Source: a virus (taxonomy: Duplodnaviria > Heunggongvirae > Uroviricota > Caudoviricetes). Taken from it: a stretch of DNA of 25,252 bases. Below are positions 24,330-25,252 of the stretch, piece after piece (the first letter of the stretch is position 1; the number at the start of each line of letters is the position of its first letter). Under the pieces are notes generated by a model. It was not told the DNA's origin, searched no databases, and saw only the letters and a list, made by a program, of their open reading frames with translations. The DNA lies in the IMG/VR virus record IMGVR_UViG_3300037466_003153, positions 1 through 25,252 of that record. One strand, written 5' to 3'. The position numbers and the translations under genes are program-made.

Positions 24330-24338
24330 AGTTGTTAA
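24330..24338 (-). promoter_or_regulatory. TTAACAACT motif, copy 1 (candidate late promoter of the capsid gene)
   Basis: TTAACAACT-CTTTTT-A, between the scaffold terminator and the ~170-nt capsid leader. Confidence 0.65.
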
Positions 24339-24376
24339 AAATATTTGTTGATTTTTAATAAAAAACGTGCTTATTT

Positions 24377-24413
24377 AATAAAAAAGGGGCTGAGTTAATA
24401 AACCCAACCCCTT
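24377..24413 (-). terminator. Intrinsic terminator after the scaffold gene
   Basis: The - strand reads AAGGGGTTGGGTT-TATT-AACTCAGCCCCTT (13 bp with two G-U pairs), followed by TTTTATT. Confidence 0.8.
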
Positions 24414-24438
24414 AATAAATTATAACTAATTGTATTTA

Positions 24439-25251
24439 TTAGCCTTTTAAGAAATCCTTAATAGAGATCTTTTTCTCTTCTTTTTTCTCAGAATTCTTCA
24501 CATTTGCACCAGTTGGCTTAACAGAATTAGCAGTTTGAGCTACTTGTTTTTGTTGAACCTTTTTAACAGTGTTCTTACGAAGACGAGAAATATTCTCTTT
24601 ACCAATAATTTCTTCCAATACGTCATCACCTGAAGCTGAGAATAAATCCTTAATATCAGCACTCATTTGTTTACGAAGTAGAGGAACAAGATCTTTTGGT
24701 GAAAGATCAATATCGTTTTGAAGAGCAAGCATCATCATTTCTGCCATTTTTCTGACAGTGTATGGTGACTTAGGAAGATTGCTTGATTTTAGAGCACCTT
24801 CAATATCAGATTGAATCTTCTCTTCTTGTTCGGCCTGAAGACGCGCAAATTCGCGACTCTTACGCTCTTCTTCATCCTTCTTATATTTTTCCTTAAGCTC
24901 TTCTAGCTCCTTCTGGAGCTTTTCTTTTTCAATTTGCTCAGGAGTTTTATTAGCGTTAGCGATTTCTTCATCAAGATATTCTTGAACGAATTTCTTAAGG
25001 TCAACACCAATGTTTGGATCAGTGAGAACACGACGAGGATTAGAACGAAGCATTTCAATGAATTCTTCTGCAGCTTTCTTAAGCTCAGTAGCTTCTTGCA
25101 TACGCTTCTGTGCAGCTTTAGCGAGCTGAAGTTTCTTGGTCAAACCTTCTTCATCAGCAAGATCAATTTCTTCTTCAACTTCTTTACCATCAACTTTAAG
25201 TTTAAATTTCTTAAGCTGTTTGGCTAATTCTTTTTGTTCTTTTTTAGAAAG
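24439..25251 (-). CDS. Capsid scaffolding protein (5' truncated by the window edge)
   Basis: The frame stays open upstream of the track's TTG at 25143 to the window end: ...LSKKEQKELAKQLKKFKLKVDGKEVEEEIDLADEEGLTKKLQLAKAAQKRMQEA. K-x-K-VDG-x-E-x-E is a typical scaffold motif. The protein is helical and charged, ends in a basic C-terminus ISIKDFLKG, and lies directly upstream of the capsid gene. Confidence 0.75.
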   Translation of the reverse strand, partial: LSKKEQKELAKQLKKFKLKVDGKEVEEEIDLADEEGLTKKLQLAKAAQKRMQEATELKKAAEEFIEMLRSNPRRVLTDPNIGVDLKKFVQEYLDEEIANANKTPEQIEKEKLQKELEELKEKYKKDEEERKSREFARLQAEQEEKIQSDIEGALKSSNLPKSPYTVRKMAEMMMLALQNDIDLSPKDLVPLLRKQMSADIKDLFSASGDDVLEEIIGKENISRLRKNTVKKVQQKQVAQTANSVKPTGANVKNSEKKEEKKISIKDFLKG

Positions 25252-25252
25252 T

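Noticed and set aside
24154-24438. tRNA, hammerhead ribozyme or known riboswitch in the capsid-scaffold gap
   Set aside because: No cloverleaf with T-loop and D-loop consensus, no CUGAUGA/GAAA core, and no aptamer consensus that I recognise.
1-25252. Stop-codon reassignment (alternative genetic code)
   Set aside because: Standard-code ORFs tile the window densely, with long uninterrupted genes ending in TAA or TGA.

Overview
This window is 25 kb of an AT-rich, tailed dsDNA bacteriophage (or prophage) genome with a podovirus-like (P22/T7-style) morphogenesis module. Positions 1-3193 are a + strand arm carrying the 3' end of a dUTPase, a Zn-ribbon protein, an HNH nuclease, a four-gene envelope cassette that includes an exported ClpP-family peptidase, and two small basic proteins. 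Positions 3204-25252 are a converging - strand late arm. In transcription order it holds the scaffold (5' truncated), major capsid protein, two small ORFs, an M15-family endolysin, a small virion protein, two paralogous tail fibres with C1q-like tips, an acidic protein, the head-tail adaptor, nozzle, a small tail protein, four candidate ejection proteins (one with a peptidase S74 domain) and a holin-like gene. No rRNA, tRNA, CRISPR array, integrase or reverse transcriptase was seen. The strongest non-coding signal is a 9-mer, TTAACAACT, found six times on the - strand, always at a gene 5' region and always with an A exactly 7 nt downstream; it is a candidate phage-specific late promoter. Other highlights are (i) 19-nt and 23-nt identical DNA anchors shared by the two otherwise diverged fibre genes, whose C-terminal parts both switch to higher GC at the homologous junction, (ii) a ~170-nt capsid leader with a possible SD-sequestering switch, and (iii) the signal-anchored ClpP-like peptidase in a membrane-protein cassette. 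All protein calls come from motif recognition by eye; no database searches were run.
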